Part shown: positions 55,406 through 64,000 of the stretch, one piece after another | How the letters are laid out: each line of letters opens with the position of its first letter | How positions within the stretch are numbered: position 1 is the first letter of the stretch | Assembly (NCBI GenBank): GCA_018650165.1 | Contig: JABIGM010000050.1 | Coordinates: forward strand, 46,119-110,118 | Length of the DNA: 64,000 bases | Source: Methanobacteriota archaeon | Lineage (GTDB): Archaea; Thermoplasmatota; Poseidoniia; Poseidoniales; Poseidoniaceae | Direction: 5' to 3' | Made by a program: the position numbers and the translations under genes | Notes under the pieces: generated by a model | Database searches by the model: none | The model's input: the letters and a program-made list of their open reading frames with translations, nothing else | What the model was told of the DNA's origin: nothing

Positions 55406-56083
55406 TCAAAGTCCAGAAGATAACCATGCTGGAGAGGGGCCCCAACCAGTGGCAATTCCTCCGTGAACCTTGACTATTTTTCCAGATCTAAACATCGCTT
55501 CAAGGAATAATTCTAATTCAAGACCTTCTCTATCTCCCAAATAATCGCTTGCAGCTAAAGCGATGGTTTCAGTCGAAATTGCTGTTACTCCATGATTCCT
55601 AACTACAATTCGTAACAACTCTTTCAACCAAGATTCAGCCATAGGGTCCGTGACCATTGGACCTTGTGCCGGGTGAGGTTCTTCGACCTCTGCAAGTTGT
55701 GTTCTTAATTCATCAGAAGTAGGCTTCATTGGATGTTCAAGTCCTACATCTACGAGTTTAGCAATTAGATCCAACTGCCCAATTGGGCGTCGGATGATTG
55801 GAATGCGAGAAGGGTCGGGTTCCGGCCCCATATCCTTTGGTTTGCCTGAAGGTTCATCCGGATTATCACTAATGATTCCCGAAGTGGGATTACCTGACCT
55901 ATCAACAGCCATTGGCATCATCCAACCAACGTTACGCAGGCCGAGTTCGGCAACAACGCCTCTTACCCAATCAGCATCGCCTTCCAGCATGACATCTACG
56001 TCATCCTCTTCACCGCGGAAGCGATAGCGAATGTAACCACTTAACTCCTGCATGTAATCACCCAATGATAAGAAGGAAATCAA
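55406..56083 (-). CDS. Hypothetical cytoplasmic protein (225 aa) between the two giant surface-protein genes.
   Basis: ORF with no signal peptide and an acidic/proline-rich middle. No motif recognised. Spacing to the flanking genes is 9 nt and 118 nt. Confidence 0.35.
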   Translation of the reverse strand: MISFLSLGDYMQELSGYIRYRFRGEEDDVDVMLEGDADWVRGVVAELGLRNVGWMMPMAVDRSGNPTSGIISDNPDEPSGKPKDMGPEPDPSRIPIIRRPIGQLDLIAKLVDVGLEHPMKPTSDELRTQLAEVEEPHPAQGPMVTDPMAESWLKELLRIVVRNHGVTAISTETIALAASDYLGDREGLELELFLEAMFRSGKIVKVHGGIATGWGPSPAWLSSGL

Positions 56084-56092
56084 TCCACCGGT

Positions 56093-59000
56093 TCAGACCC
56101 TTTCGAACCTACCGTCAGGATGGCGCCACCACCAGACGCCTTCAGAAGTCTCGTACCACATTCCGTCGTCTCTATCGTGGTATTCACCACCGCCAGGCAA
56201 TCCGTCCCAAGATTCAATGAACTTAGATGGCTCCTCTAATGAAATCTCTGTGATTGGAGTTTCTATTTCCTCCTTATCGAGAAGATTGATTTCTTCCGCT
56301 CCGAATTCATCCTCTTCTCTGCGTTTCATAAATGCAAATATTAGGAGGCCGGCAATCAGCAAAGTCATTGCACCCAGAATTCCTAATGTAGTTCCGGTAA
56401 ACATAGAACCGGCCGTTTCATCGGTCGGTGTTTCATCATCTTCGACTTCAACTGGTTCTAGTTCAGGTTCTACAACCTCAAAGGTATGGTTTCCTTCTTC
56501 TAGTAAGAGCCAGTATCCCCCTCTATTTTGAGCCTCTAGGCGCCAATCAAGAACATAATTGCCAACTTCCTTTCCATCCTTCAACATACAAGAGACATCT
56601 AGGGTTAGTGAAGGATCGACTACTGTCTCATTGCAATTATAATCTGCAGAGGGTTTTGAACTAATCATTCGCAATGTTGTTGGATAATCTCCCGCATTGG
56701 TTGAAGAACAATTGGCTTCACTACAAAATGCAATGATTTCGATATTCCACCAAGGTGTTGCATCAATAATTTGCGAATAATTTTCACATTCACCAATGCT
56801 ACATATTTCCAAAACAATATTGTGAGATGAATTACTCAGATTTGATAAAGATAATTGTTCGAAAAGAGACCCGTCCATTATTGGAGTTACAAGCCACACT
56901 TCATCATCTACAACCCAATTTAGAGTCCCTTCACCGGTTCTAAAAATTACATCGCCAGATAAAATGACACTCTCTTCAACAGCAGATAAGGATAGATTTG
57001 TAGAATTTATTATTGGTAGAGGCACTGGTATATCAACCAAATTTATCGTAGTATTAACCTCATTACCAAAATTATCTCTCACATGGATTTCAGCGGTATA
57101 AGCACCAGGAGATAGAGTGTTTTTGTCCAGTGTTGTATAACCAATTCCATTACTGGTTTGATCGATGATTTTGGTTGCAATATTCTCACTATTGGGCCCG
57201 AAAATGAACGCCCAAACACTTACCGTATCTCCCGGTTCTATTTCCCACTGGACATCGATTCTGACCTCGTCGGTAGTCTCGGTTGATGTTGCTGAAAGTA
57301 TCACTGGAGGGATGCCATCTATGAGATAAAAAGTAGCATCTATACCATTATGTAACCCATCTTCATCAATTTCTCCACCATTTGGCTCCTCGGCATAAAC
57401 CTCTACGTCCCATGAACCAAGGTCGGAAAATTCAGGTTCCCAAATTACAGAATAGGCAGAATCTGTTGTATTCCATACCATCTGAAGTATCTGAGTTGAC
57501 GATTCTGAATTCAATTCTATTTCGACATTAAGGTCGCTTCTATCATTTGCGTCTTTAACTAAGAATCTAAGATTGTCAGGAGTGCTGAAATTACTATTTT
57601 CAGCAAGTTCTCCATCAACAGTCATTATCGCAAGTTGACTAACCGAAGGAATGGCAGGTAATACTGTTATTGAATCTGCATTTAACAGTATAACTGAGTT
57701 CCCTTGCGCATCATACAATTCAACACTGAACCATATAGAATGGTCGATGCTTGCATCCAATTGGAAAGTAGAAACACTTCCCCAATATTTTTGGATTTGC
57801 GAGTTCCAAATCAATGGGTTTGGGCTAAGATTCGCAAGTTCAATCCAAGTTGTAACGGGAGAAGTGTGTGCCCAAATTTTGCCTTGTAAGTCGTCTTCTG
57901 CAAGTTTATCATGCACTATAACCACGATAGTTTCGCCATGTCTAGCATCAGCATCGTCCACACCGTTGACCCTATGTGAGACCGATTGGATTTGGGGCTC
58001 GATATCATCAACCCATGCAATATTCAAGTTGCTAAGTTCTAATGTTTGATTCCACATTTCACCTTCGGGGTCACCTTTGACATCAATAGAATATGCATCA
58101 AGGCATGATTCTGTAGCATCGTACCACGAGCCGCATTGTGAAGTTGCATGATTTTCCATTTCTGAGGAAAATTCGAGGTTACCTGTAATTGTATGATGGA
58201 AACTAACATTTGTAATGCCAAATGCTTGTAGATTTGATGTACTCAAACTAAAGTTAAGATTCGTCCACTCAATACCTTCAGAAGTTGAATTGTAAACTGT
58301 TGGCCATTCATTTTGCATCACGCTCATTGGAATAATTAGGTCAATTCCCCCTGCAACAACATCTGCTGACGACCACGAAATTGTGTATCCGCTATTGAAT
58401 GTAGCTGTGACGCTGCCTGTGATGTTATTGTTCGCCAGATCCATCCACATTGCAAAATCGGAAATCGCAGTTCCGTTCAATGGAACATCTAACGATAAAG
58501 GAACAGTAAGAGGGTTTGCTTTCGTTAAAGGGCCGTCCTCCTCTATCCACCCAAAAACCAAATCGGGGTCTAGAGGGCCTAGAATGGATTGGCCCTCTAG
58601 TTCAATACTGAGATTCTCCATGTGTTCGATATTCGTTGAACCGGGAACAATCGCGGTCAGAATCGGAGATAACCCAGCACTCGACCTCTCGAAATCATAG
58701 AGAAAACTGATGTTGGAAAATCGTGGCAATTCCTGGTGAGAAAGGTTGCCATTTAGCCACCCAGACCAGTCTACTCCATTCATTGTGTAATTATACTTCA
58801 TGTCCAATACGGCACCTGCTGGAACTGACGCAGTAGTATTAATCCATGCCCTTTCGACATTATCGTCATCCCCTAACCCAGGAATTAAGAAACTGCCATA
58901 ATTTGAGGTATTATTACTACTAGAAATAAACCCTGGGAAGGTCGAATAAGTGGTACTTCCAACTACACTATTTGACCCTGCAATCCCGTCCGAGCCAGTT

Positions 59001-60121
59001 CCTAATTTCAGACCATAGTCGCCACCAGACCCTGCTGAAACATCAACTGTACCAGAGTTGGATACTCCGTTTGAAGGAGTAGTCATTGTGATGAAGCCGC
59101 CAGAGCCGCCTCCACCGCCGTCACCCCCATGGTAAAGGAAGAGAGAAGGTCCTGTTGGCCAAACTGCATCTGCACCATCGCCTCCATCGCCACCTGCGGA
59201 ACTAACAATTCCATATGAGCCGATTGAAATGGTATTTGCTTTGAGAATAATTGAGCCGCCAGAGCCGCCTCCTGCAGCATTACCGCCGTTACCACCATTA
59301 GGTGGAGTGGGGCCATTATCACCAACTCCTCCCTCGCTTGTGACCGAGCCATTAATCGTGATTGAGCCTGCTACTATTGTAATTACTGACCCACCATTTC
59401 CACCAATAGTGGATGCACCATTGGGATGTGAATTTCCGCCTCCAGGGGAGCCGGGTTCTGTGCCATTTCCGTACGATGAGCCCCCGTTGGTAGAGGAACC
59501 ACCGCCATTGCCTCCTGCGCCAACGTGCCCACCACCACCGGCTCCATCTCCAGTCCAACTATTAGTTGCGGACTCTGAACCACCATTGCCAAGATAAGTG
59601 TTCACACGATCGCTTCCTGAAATTGTAGTAGAGACATCAATTACCACTTCATTTGCATGAATTGTTAAATTACCAGTTGCAGTAATTGAACCACAACTTA
59701 TGATTCCACAGGATAATTGTAGAGTGTCGTAAGCATGGAATCCTTGTAGATTAGAATTATTGAACAGATGAAGATTTGTAGTTCCTGCTGTGGTGGGTCC
59801 AGTTGTCGATTGATTTAGGATGAGTCCATTAGAAGTTGAAGTCAAATTAGTTGTATTTCCAATAGATGAAGAGTATGTCGCCATGTCAAGACTCCATGTT
59901 TCGTCAATTATCTCTGGTGATAATTCCCAATCAAATGAAGCTGAATCCACACGATATCCCGCTTTGTGAGGAATAGCCGTGGATTCATTCAATCCAGGGA
60001 ATAGCACTACTTCTTTCTGAAATAATTCAAACTCATCAGCGACTATTGGATTAGCCGAAAATACTGGTATAAACGCTGAGAGTACCAAGATGGCTGTGAT
60101 AGAGAGGGTATGGGTTTTCAT
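56093..60121 (-). CDS. Giant (1342 aa) surface protein: signal peptide, a Gly-rich parallel-beta-helix-like region, Ig-like domains, a C-terminal TM and a Trp-rich cytoplasmic tail.
   Basis: Signal peptide 'ITAILVLSAFIPVFSA'. Glycine-rich repeats 'GGNGGNAAGGGSGGS...GGDGGDGADA'. C-terminal TM 'TLGILGAMTLLIAGLLIFAF'. Confidence 0.75.
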   Translation of the reverse strand: MKTHTLSITAILVLSAFIPVFSANPIVADEFELFQKEVVLFPGLNESTAIPHKAGYRVDSASFDWELSPEIIDETWSLDMATYSSSIGNTTNLTSTSNGLILNQSTTGPTTAGTTNLHLFNNSNLQGFHAYDTLQLSCGIISCGSITATGNLTIHANEVVIDVSTTISGSDRVNTYLGNGGSESATNSWTGDGAGGGGHVGAGGNGGGSSTNGGSSYGNGTEPGSPGGGNSHPNGASTIGGNGGSVITIVAGSITINGSVTSEGGVGDNGPTPPNGGNGGNAAGGGSGGSIILKANTISIGSYGIVSSAGGDGGDGADAVWPTGPSLFLYHGGDGGGGGSGGFITMTTPSNGVSNSGTVDVSAGSGGDYGLKLGTGSDGIAGSNSVVGSTTYSTFPGFISSSNNTSNYGSFLIPGLGDDDNVERAWINTTASVPAGAVLDMKYNYTMNGVDWSGWLNGNLSHQELPRFSNISFLYDFERSSAGLSPILTAIVPGSTNIEHMENLSIELEGQSILGPLDPDLVFGWIEEDGPLTKANPLTVPLSLDVPLNGTAISDFAMWMDLANNNITGSVTATFNSGYTISWSSADVVAGGIDLIIPMSVMQNEWPTVYNSTSEGIEWTNLNFSLSTSNLQAFGITNVSFHHTITGNLEFSSEMENHATSQCGSWYDATESCLDAYSIDVKGDPEGEMWNQTLELSNLNIAWVDDIEPQIQSVSHRVNGVDDADARHGETIVVIVHDKLAEDDLQGKIWAHTSPVTTWIELANLSPNPLIWNSQIQKYWGSVSTFQLDASIDHSIWFSVELYDAQGNSVILLNADSITVLPAIPSVSQLAIMTVDGELAENSNFSTPDNLRFLVKDANDRSDLNVEIELNSESSTQILQMVWNTTDSAYSVIWEPEFSDLGSWDVEVYAEEPNGGEIDEDGLHNGIDATFYLIDGIPPVILSATSTETTDEVRIDVQWEIEPGDTVSVWAFIFGPNSENIATKIIDQTSNGIGYTTLDKNTLSPGAYTAEIHVRDNFGNEVNTTINLVDIPVPLPIINSTNLSLSAVEESVILSGDVIFRTGEGTLNWVVDDEVWLVTPIMDGSLFEQLSLSNLSNSSHNIVLEICSIGECENYSQIIDATPWWNIEIIAFCSEANCSSTNAGDYPTTLRMISSKPSADYNCNETVVDPSLTLDVSCMLKDGKEVGNYVLDWRLEAQNRGGYWLLLEEGNHTFEVVEPELEPVEVEDDETPTDETAGSMFTGTTLGILGAMTLLIAGLLIFAFMKRREEDEFGAEEINLLDKEEIETPITEISLEEPSKFIESWDGLPGGGEYHDRDDGMWYETSEGVWWWRHPDGRFERV

Positions 60122-60169
60122 GATAAGTCCTCTTTAATTGTAGCATATATACTGTCTGATATTAAGCGT

Positions 60170-62824
60170 TCATTGTGCAAGTTTACGGAGAACCGTATGA
60201 AGGATTCCTCCATTGCGGTAATAGTCTACCTCAACTGGAGTATCGAGCCTAATGTCTGCCGTGAAGTTAACCATACTACCGTCAGATTTGTGTGCTGTAA
60301 TGGATATCTCTTGAAGTGCTTGGACATCATCTGTAACTGGTATGTCAAAGGATTCAGTTCCATCGAGTCCGAGAGAATCTGCATCTTGGCCGTCTTTGAA
60401 AGTAAGAGGTAGTACACCCATCCCAACTAGATTCGAACGATGAATGCGCTCAAATGAAGTTGCGATTACTGCTTTTACTCCAAGTAAATATGTACCTTTA
60501 GCAGCCCAATCTCTGCTACTCCCAGTTCCATATTGGGAGCCTGCTAAAACAACCATTGGTGTGTCACTGTTCATTGCAGCTTCAAACACCGAGGTTACTT
60601 CTCCAGAATTGTGATCTAGAGCATAACCACCTTCGGTGCCTGGTGCCATTTGGTTTCTTACTCTAACGTTTGCGAATGTTCCACGCATCATGATTTCATG
60701 GTTTCCACGGCGACTACCAAAGGAATTGAAATCACCTTGCATTACACCTCGCTCAATCAACCATTTACCAGCAGGTCCGTCCGCAGGGAATGCACCCGCT
60801 GGAGAAATGTGGTCAGTGGTAATAGAATCACCCAGTTTTAGCAATACCTTTGCCCCACTAATCGGTTGGATTGGTTGTGCTTCCTTGGATAATCCTTGGA
60901 AGAAACTCGGCAATCGAATGTAGGTTGAATCATCTTGCCAAGGGTAAAGTGGTGATGCTTCACTAGGTATTGAATCCCATCTTGGTTCTTGCATTACAGT
61001 TGAATATCGTTCACGGAACATTTCAGGAGTAATGTTGGCTACTGCAGCAGATAATTGTTCATCACTTGGCCAAATATCGCTAAGCATTACTGGAGCACCA
61101 TCACTTCCAATCCCAATGGCCTCTGTAGTCAAATCTACATTCAAACTACCTGCTAGTGCATATGCTACTACCAATGGGGGGCTTGCCAGATATGAGGCCT
61201 TGACCTTCTGGTGAACGCGTCCCTCGAAGTTACGGTTTCCTGAAATTACAGAACCTACAATCAACCCAGCATCATCAATTGCTGATTCAATCTCTTCAGG
61301 TAATGGGCCAGAGTTTCCAATACAAGTTGTACATCCATAACCCACATTGTTGAAACCTAATGCTGCTAAATCTTCATCCAAACCATTTGCTTCAAAGTAA
61401 TCTGTTACGACTCGTGACCCTGGTGCAAGTGATGTCTTGACCCATGGCTTGACGCTGAGGCCTCTAACTCTAGCATTGCGTGCGAGTAGTCCTGCTGCCA
61501 ACATAACTCCGGGATTAGACGTATTTGTACAGGATGTGATTGCTGCAATTACGACGTCGCCGTGATTCAAATCATAATCAGTTCCAATAAGTGCTGAATT
61601 AGAAAGTTCAGATTCTTCTAATCCATGCCCTTGATGTCCTAACTCATGAGTTAGACTTTCGCTGAAATGAGAAGCCATTTGCGAGAGGTCTACTCTATCT
61701 TGTGGGCGCTTAGGCCCTGCCAATGCCGGTTCAACAGTCGAGATATCCAATTCTAGAACGGTTGTGTAACTTTTCTCGGAATCTGATGAACTGTACCATA
61801 GGCCTTGGGCCCTACAATATGCTTCCACACCAGCAATATCTTGTTCTTCACGGCCGGATAAGCGCATGTACGATAATGTGTTTTCGTCAACAGGGAAGAA
61901 ACCACAAGTTGCTCCATATTCAGGAGCCATATTTGCAATGGTGGCTCTGTCTGGCAAAGAAAGGTCCGCCATTCCTTCTCCGAAGAATTCTACGAATTTT
62001 CCTACAACACCTTGCGCACGAAGCATTTCCACGATTCGAAGAGTCATATCGGTAGCAGTAACTCCGGCCTTAAGTGAGCCAACTAATCTGAATCCTACTA
62101 CATCAGGAGCCAGCATGTAAATCGGCTGGCCCAGCATTACAGCTTCAGCCTCGATTCCGCCGACCCCCCAACCTAGAACTCCAAGTCCATTGATCATTGT
62201 TGTATGTGAATCGGTTCCGACTAAAGAATCAGGAAGCCAAATACCATTTTCTTGTCGAGCAACTGTTGCTAACCATTCGAGGTTTACTTGGTGTACAATA
62301 CCTCTTGAAGGTGGGACTGCACGGAAATTTTCTAATGATTTCTGGCCCCACTTCAAGAAAGTGTAGCGCTCCATATTTCGGTGGTATTCAATGTCAAGAT
62401 TCAGGTCAAGTGCATTTGCATTAGAACCGGATACATCGACTTGAACTGAGTGGTCGATAACTAAGTCTACTGGAACTTGAGGATTCACTTTCTCAGGGTC
62501 ACCGCCCATTTCGACCATCGCATCTCTCAATGCGGCTAAATCTACAACCGCCGGAACTCCTGTGAAGTCCTGAAGGATTACCCTAGATGGTCTGAAAGGT
62601 ATCTCTCCGCGCTCACCATCTGCCTTCCATCCTGCAATATTTCTAACATCTTTTTCTGTAATCAGAAAACCATCACAGTTCCTTAGTGCCCCTTCTAGGA
62701 GGACTCTAATCGAATAGGGAAGGGTTTGCGTATCCAAGCCTGCATCATCAAGGGAATCAAGGGAATGAAAATGCCCGCCTAGTGAAAATTCTCGCTTTGA
62801 AGAGAGGGGGTCCGAGTCGCTCAT
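60170..62824 (-). CDS. acnA: Aconitate hydratase (AcnA/IRP-type).
   Basis: 'NFEGRVH', 'SGNRNFEGR', Fe-S ligand regions 'CTNTSNP' / '[10 protein letters not shown]', '[14 protein letters not shown]'. 884 aa. Confidence 0.9.
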   Translation of the reverse strand: MSDSDPLSSKREFSLGGHFHSLDSLDDAGLDTQTLPYSIRVLLEGALRNCDGFLITEKDVRNIAGWKADGERGEIPFRPSRVILQDFTGVPAVVDLAALRDAMVEMGGDPEKVNPQVPVDLVIDHSVQVDVSGSNANALDLNLDIEYHRNMERYTFLKWGQKSLENFRAVPPSRGIVHQVNLEWLATVARQENGIWLPDSLVGTDSHTTMINGLGVLGWGVGGIEAEAVMLGQPIYMLAPDVVGFRLVGSLKAGVTATDMTLRIVEMLRAQGVVGKFVEFFGEGMADLSLPDRATIANMAPEYGATCGFFPVDENTLSYMRLSGREEQDIAGVEAYCRAQGLWYSSSDSEKSYTTVLELDISTVEPALAGPKRPQDRVDLSQMASHFSESLTHELGHQGHGLEESELSNSALIGTDYDLNHGDVVIAAITSCTNTSNPGVMLAAGLLARNARVRGLSVKPWVKTSLAPGSRVVTDYFEANGLDEDLAALGFNNVGYGCTTCIGNSGPLPEEIESAIDDAGLIVGSVISGNRNFEGRVHQKVKASYLASPPLVVAYALAGSLNVDLTTEAIGIGSDGAPVMLSDIWPSDEQLSAAVANITPEMFRERYSTVMQEPRWDSIPSEASPLYPWQDDSTYIRLPSFFQGLSKEAQPIQPISGAKVLLKLGDSITTDHISPAGAFPADGPAGKWLIERGVMQGDFNSFGSRRGNHEIMMRGTFANVRVRNQMAPGTEGGYALDHNSGEVTSVFEAAMNSDTPMVVLAGSQYGTGSSRDWAAKGTYLLGVKAVIATSFERIHRSNLVGMGVLPLTFKDGQDADSLGLDGTESFDIPVTDDVQALQEISITAHKSDGSMVNFTADIRLDTPVEVDYYRNGGILHTVLRKLAQ

Positions 62825-62875
62825 AGAGCGACTGCGGATGGCCGAATCATATCAACATGCCTTTGAAAAACAAAA

Positions 62876-63934
62876 TCACCAGAATTGGTACCAAGGGTTA
62901 CCTTCTTTGATTCCATCATCTGTAATTTCGATTGAAACTATTGTAACAGCGTTGTCTGGCTTGTCATCTCCATCAGTTGCAACAGCGGCGATTGCATCAA
63001 TATGCTCTTGGCCATCTGTAACTGTTCCATACACGGTATGGCAAGACTGCGATGAACAATCCTTGTTCTTATCTTCTGCGCATGAACCCCCGCCAGCGGA
63101 GACTTGATCACCATCTAACCAGCAAGGGTCAGAACCGGTTGGAACGATGTAAAATTGGCTACCATCTGTATTCAAGCCTGCGTGAGCAGCAGCCAAAGAA
63201 CCGACACTATGCCTTAGACCGTTGGTGTGCTCCCCAGGAACTGACCACTGATTTACTTCACAGGTTTCTGCAGTATATTCAACGCCCTCGGCATTGGTTG
63301 TTTTTCCATTACAGTATCCATACCACTTAGCAGCATAGCCACCAGAGCCGCTATTTAACTCAAAGTCGCCACCCTGAATCATAAATGGATCAAAGGAGGG
63401 GGTTTGCGCATTATCGCCAATAACTCTGTGGAAAATTACATTATCATACTTACCAGTTTCAGAAAGCATAATGAAATTCTCAACATGCAGTGGGGCTTCA
63501 TCCCTGTGTAGAGCAATAGTTATCTTTTCATCATGAAATACTCCACTATTATCGGTCCAAGTAACTCTCATTACTGCCTCACCATCTTCATACTCGCTAA
63601 CAGAGCTAGCCAGTTGCAAAGCGCCAAGGATGAGTAATAGTGCCGCAACAATCGCAAAAATACCTGCTGGAGTCGGTGTTCCTTCATTCATTAATCGAGG
63701 AATGACACTTTCTGAAATGTGTTTATCTTGCATCTCATTTCGAATTTGATTGTAGAGAGCGCTCGATTGCTTATCACGTGGATTTGCATTTACTGCATCA
63801 CGAAGTAATTTTGCTGCTTTTCGGTATTCCGATTTAGAATTGGATTTGGATGCCATAGAATACACCGCTTGTCCTGCGATTCTGAGAGTTGTTGCCTCTT
63901 TGCCTTCGGGGTCAACTTTGCGTAATAGATCCAA
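62876..63934 (-). CDS. Cyclophilin-type peptidyl-prolyl cis-trans isomerase with an N-terminal helical (TPR-like) region and a TM anchor. It may extend beyond the window edge.
   Basis: 'IFHRVIGDNAQTPSFDPFMIQGGDF' and 'HSVGSLAAAHAGLNTDGSQFYIV' are the cyclophilin catalytic core. TM 'IFAIVAALLLILGAL'. Confidence 0.75.
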   Translation of the reverse strand: MDLLRKVDPEGKEATTLRIAGQAVYSMASKSNSKSEYRKAAKLLRDAVNANPRDKQSSALYNQIRNEMQDKHISESVIPRLMNEGTPTPAGIFAIVAALLLILGALQLASSVSEYEDGEAVMRVTWTDNSGVFHDEKITIALHRDEAPLHVENFIMLSETGKYDNVIFHRVIGDNAQTPSFDPFMIQGGDFELNSGSGGYAAKWYGYCNGKTTNAEGVEYTAETCEVNQWSVPGEHTNGLRHSVGSLAAAHAGLNTDGSQFYIVPTGSDPCWLDGDQVSAGGGSCAEDKNKDCSSQSCHTVYGTVTDGQEHIDAIAAVATDGDDKPDNAVTIVSIEITDDGIKEGNPWYQFW

Positions 63935-64000
63935 GGCTCCATTCGTTTTACCTTTGGTCAGAAGAGCTTCTGCTTCCTTCCATGCTGCAGCGGTTGATTC

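Noticed and set aside
1-64000. CRISPR arrays, insertion sequences, integrases, toxin-antitoxin pairs and other defence islands.
   Set aside because: There are no direct-repeat/spacer periodicity, no transposase or integrase-like ORFs and no short paired ORFs. All long ORFs are accounted for by metabolic, transport or surface functions.

Overview
This window is densely coding: about 48 predicted protein genes, no detectable rRNA, tRNA or CRISPR, and intergenic gaps mostly under 150 bp. The gene content points to a planktonic archaeon, and a marine group II/III-like euryarchaeote is my inference. The evidence is the archaeal-type FAD synthetase RibL, an archaeal-type Gar1 core, halolysin-like S8 proteases, giant FG-GAP / beta-helix surface proteins, and bacterial-type lipid genes (gpsA, a PlsC-like acyltransferase).

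Recognisable blocks, in order:
- a 5'-truncated aroC and an aspartate-kinase-like gene;
- a four-gene MoxR operon on the minus strand (DUF4350-like, MoxR AAA+, DUF58, membrane protein) whose MoxR carries a 65-residue Pro/Ala tract;
- a CoxS-CoxL-CoxM-type molybdenum hydroxylase operon with a Cys-rich insertion in the FAD subunit, co-transcribed with a secreted protein;
- a PlsC-like acyltransferase;
- a convergent pair of S8 proteases bracketing a 1344-aa protein with about 30 predicted transmembrane helices;
- orn, then xdhC - mocA - acyl-CoA dehydrogenase;
- CaCA exchanger, aquaporin, a fused alpha/beta 2-oxoacid dehydrogenase E1, MFS transporter, an orphan response regulator, MoeZ-rhodanese, trxB;
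- a riboflavin/FAD cluster (ribB - ribL - ribE - ribH);
- an endonuclease-IV-like TIM barrel with an unusual tail, a GST-like protein, gpsA, DCC oxidoreductase, FTR1 iron permease, and an ABC-2 exporter;
- a secreted 638-aa protein;
- a fusion of a Gar1 H/ACA-RNP domain to RG/RD repeats plus four RanBP2-type zinc fingers (FUS/EWS/TAF15-like), translationally coupled to a TPR membrane protein;
- ahcY, two giant adhesin-like surface proteins (2168 and 1342 aa) flanking a small unknown protein, acnA, and a membrane-anchored cyclophilin.

The main candidates for novelty are:
- the Gar1-RBZ fusion;
- a shared C-terminal 'LP[AS]I[SG]xF + hydrophobic + RR' tail on two secreted proteins that could be a lineage-specific sorting signal;
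- the protease - mega-membrane-protein - protease module;
- the atypical Mo-hydroxylase operon.

All protein-family calls come from motifs I recognised by eye in the supplied translations. No database search was run.
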